The notes under the pieces were generated by a model. The model worked only from the letters and a program-made list of their open reading frames with translations. It searched no databases and had not been told where the DNA came from. Below are positions 62,877-64,000 of a stretch of 64,000 nucleotides of DNA, piece after piece (the first letter of the stretch is position 1; every line of letters starts with the position of its first letter). A program made the translations under genes and the position numbers. The stretch is from Squalus acanthias (lineage: Eukaryota): positions 40,424,001 through 40,488,000 of the forward strand of contig CM059445.1 in the NCBI GenBank assembly GCA_030390025.1. The letters are read 5' to 3'.

Positions 62877-64000
62877 AGGCTGCGCTTTCGCCGACCGAGG
62901 CGGGTCCGGGGAGGCCGGGGTCAGTGTCTTGGCCCCAGCCCGCTCCCAGCTCTGGCTCACTCTCTGAGTGATTTTACATAATTGGGCTTGTTAAGCCCGC
63001 CCTGCGGGGTTCCCGGCCAATTAAACGGAAGCGGGTCTGATGACCTCAATTGATGACACGTCATCAGCCGGTTTCCTTAAAGGGGCCATTTTGACAGTTG
63101 TGCTGTCAGTGTTCTACAGCATTGCAAACACTGACAAGCACGGCACAGAGGTGCACGGCTGCACCCAGGCTCTCCCATGAGTCACAGCATGCAGGGAGGT
63201 TCTCTTTCCTTCCAAGGGTGGAAGAGACCTCCCCAGGACACCAACACAGCCTGGTTGCACATTGCACAGGAGGGCAAAAGCAGGGATGTCATCAGGAGTA
63301 TCTTTCAATGATCTCAGTAGATCACGAAACGTTACTGCAAAGCCTCATCCTGCTGTGCCACTCATCACATCTCCATCACTCTGCCTTCCCTACCCTACTC
63401 CTACACATCTTTACTCACACCAACTTAGCTTGCACCTCCACCCATCCCTCTCGATCTACATTATCACTTCCCCATCTCACTAGCGACCCCTCACACTCCC
63501 CCTCATCCTACTCCAATCATACCAACTAACAATACACAAGGGTAGGCACTTGGGTGTCTTATGCAATGTCCATGTACATTTTCTGTTAATGTGTTGTCAA
63601 ACATTGAAATCTTTATTTTCAACACTTTGCCTTATTGGACAGATCTGTGCTCACCTTTGGAAGTGTCTTAGTGAGTTCCAGTGAATGTTGAGACATAACT
63701 TCTCCCCCCACCCCAACAAATGTGATGAGTGTGAAAGGAATGACTTGGACATTGTAGGGATGCTTTATGGTGCTGGTGTGGGCTGGTGTCAACCTGGCAC
63801 ATCATTTGGCAGCCGGGATGTACAGCATCAAGTGAAATAAATCTGGCCAGGGTGATGCCATCGTTGGCCTCCTGGGCAGCAATGTGGTCGGGTGCTGATG
63901 GCCTGTGTTCTGTGCAGCATCAGGTGATTGCGGAGAAGGTTGGTATTGTTGTTGGTGTGCCTGGTGATGTTGGTGCTCGGGCTGATCATGGAGGGATTCA
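62877..64000 (+). mobile_element. Non-autonomous Harbinger derivative (family copy 4, runs off window)
   Basis: Homologous to 27106-28858 and 7736-9457. Confidence 0.8.

Overview
Eukaryotic, repeat-rich genomic DNA from a cartilaginous fish (an HE1 V-SINE and SacSINE1/DeuSINE-type copies point to a shark or ray). The only host genes are two tandem, same-strand immunoglobulin-superfamily receptor genes: gene A (leader ATG 12071 to ~23969) and gene B (leader ATG 41408 to at least 52727). Both have the exon plan leader / germline-joined VJ domain / C1-like / I(C2)-type / TM, with phase-1 introns between these exons. Their three ectodomain exons and adjacent intron tracts are nearly identical (~90% aa), but their leaders, upstream regions, V-C1 intron interiors and TM exons are unrelated. 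Gene A has an Arg-containing, NKp30-like TM and a possible YMN tail; gene B has a neutral TM and a downstream tail I could not locate. This is the signature of a paired activating/inhibitory receptor set homogenised by gene conversion. As given, both V exons are frameshifted by different, mutually complementary 1-bp deletions, and gene A has a TGA right after its TM, so these are recent pseudogenes, null alleles or assembly errors. The rest of the window is transposons: a full-length PIF/Harbinger element (Myb/SANT + HARBI1-like nuclease), many Harbinger derivatives and MITEs, CR1 and L2 LINE fragments, SINEs, a solo LTR, two Penelope-like elements with minimal hammerhead ribozymes, and three ~170-230-bp fold-back Penelope-tail insertions with 11-13-bp TSDs. 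All alignments and counts were done by eye.
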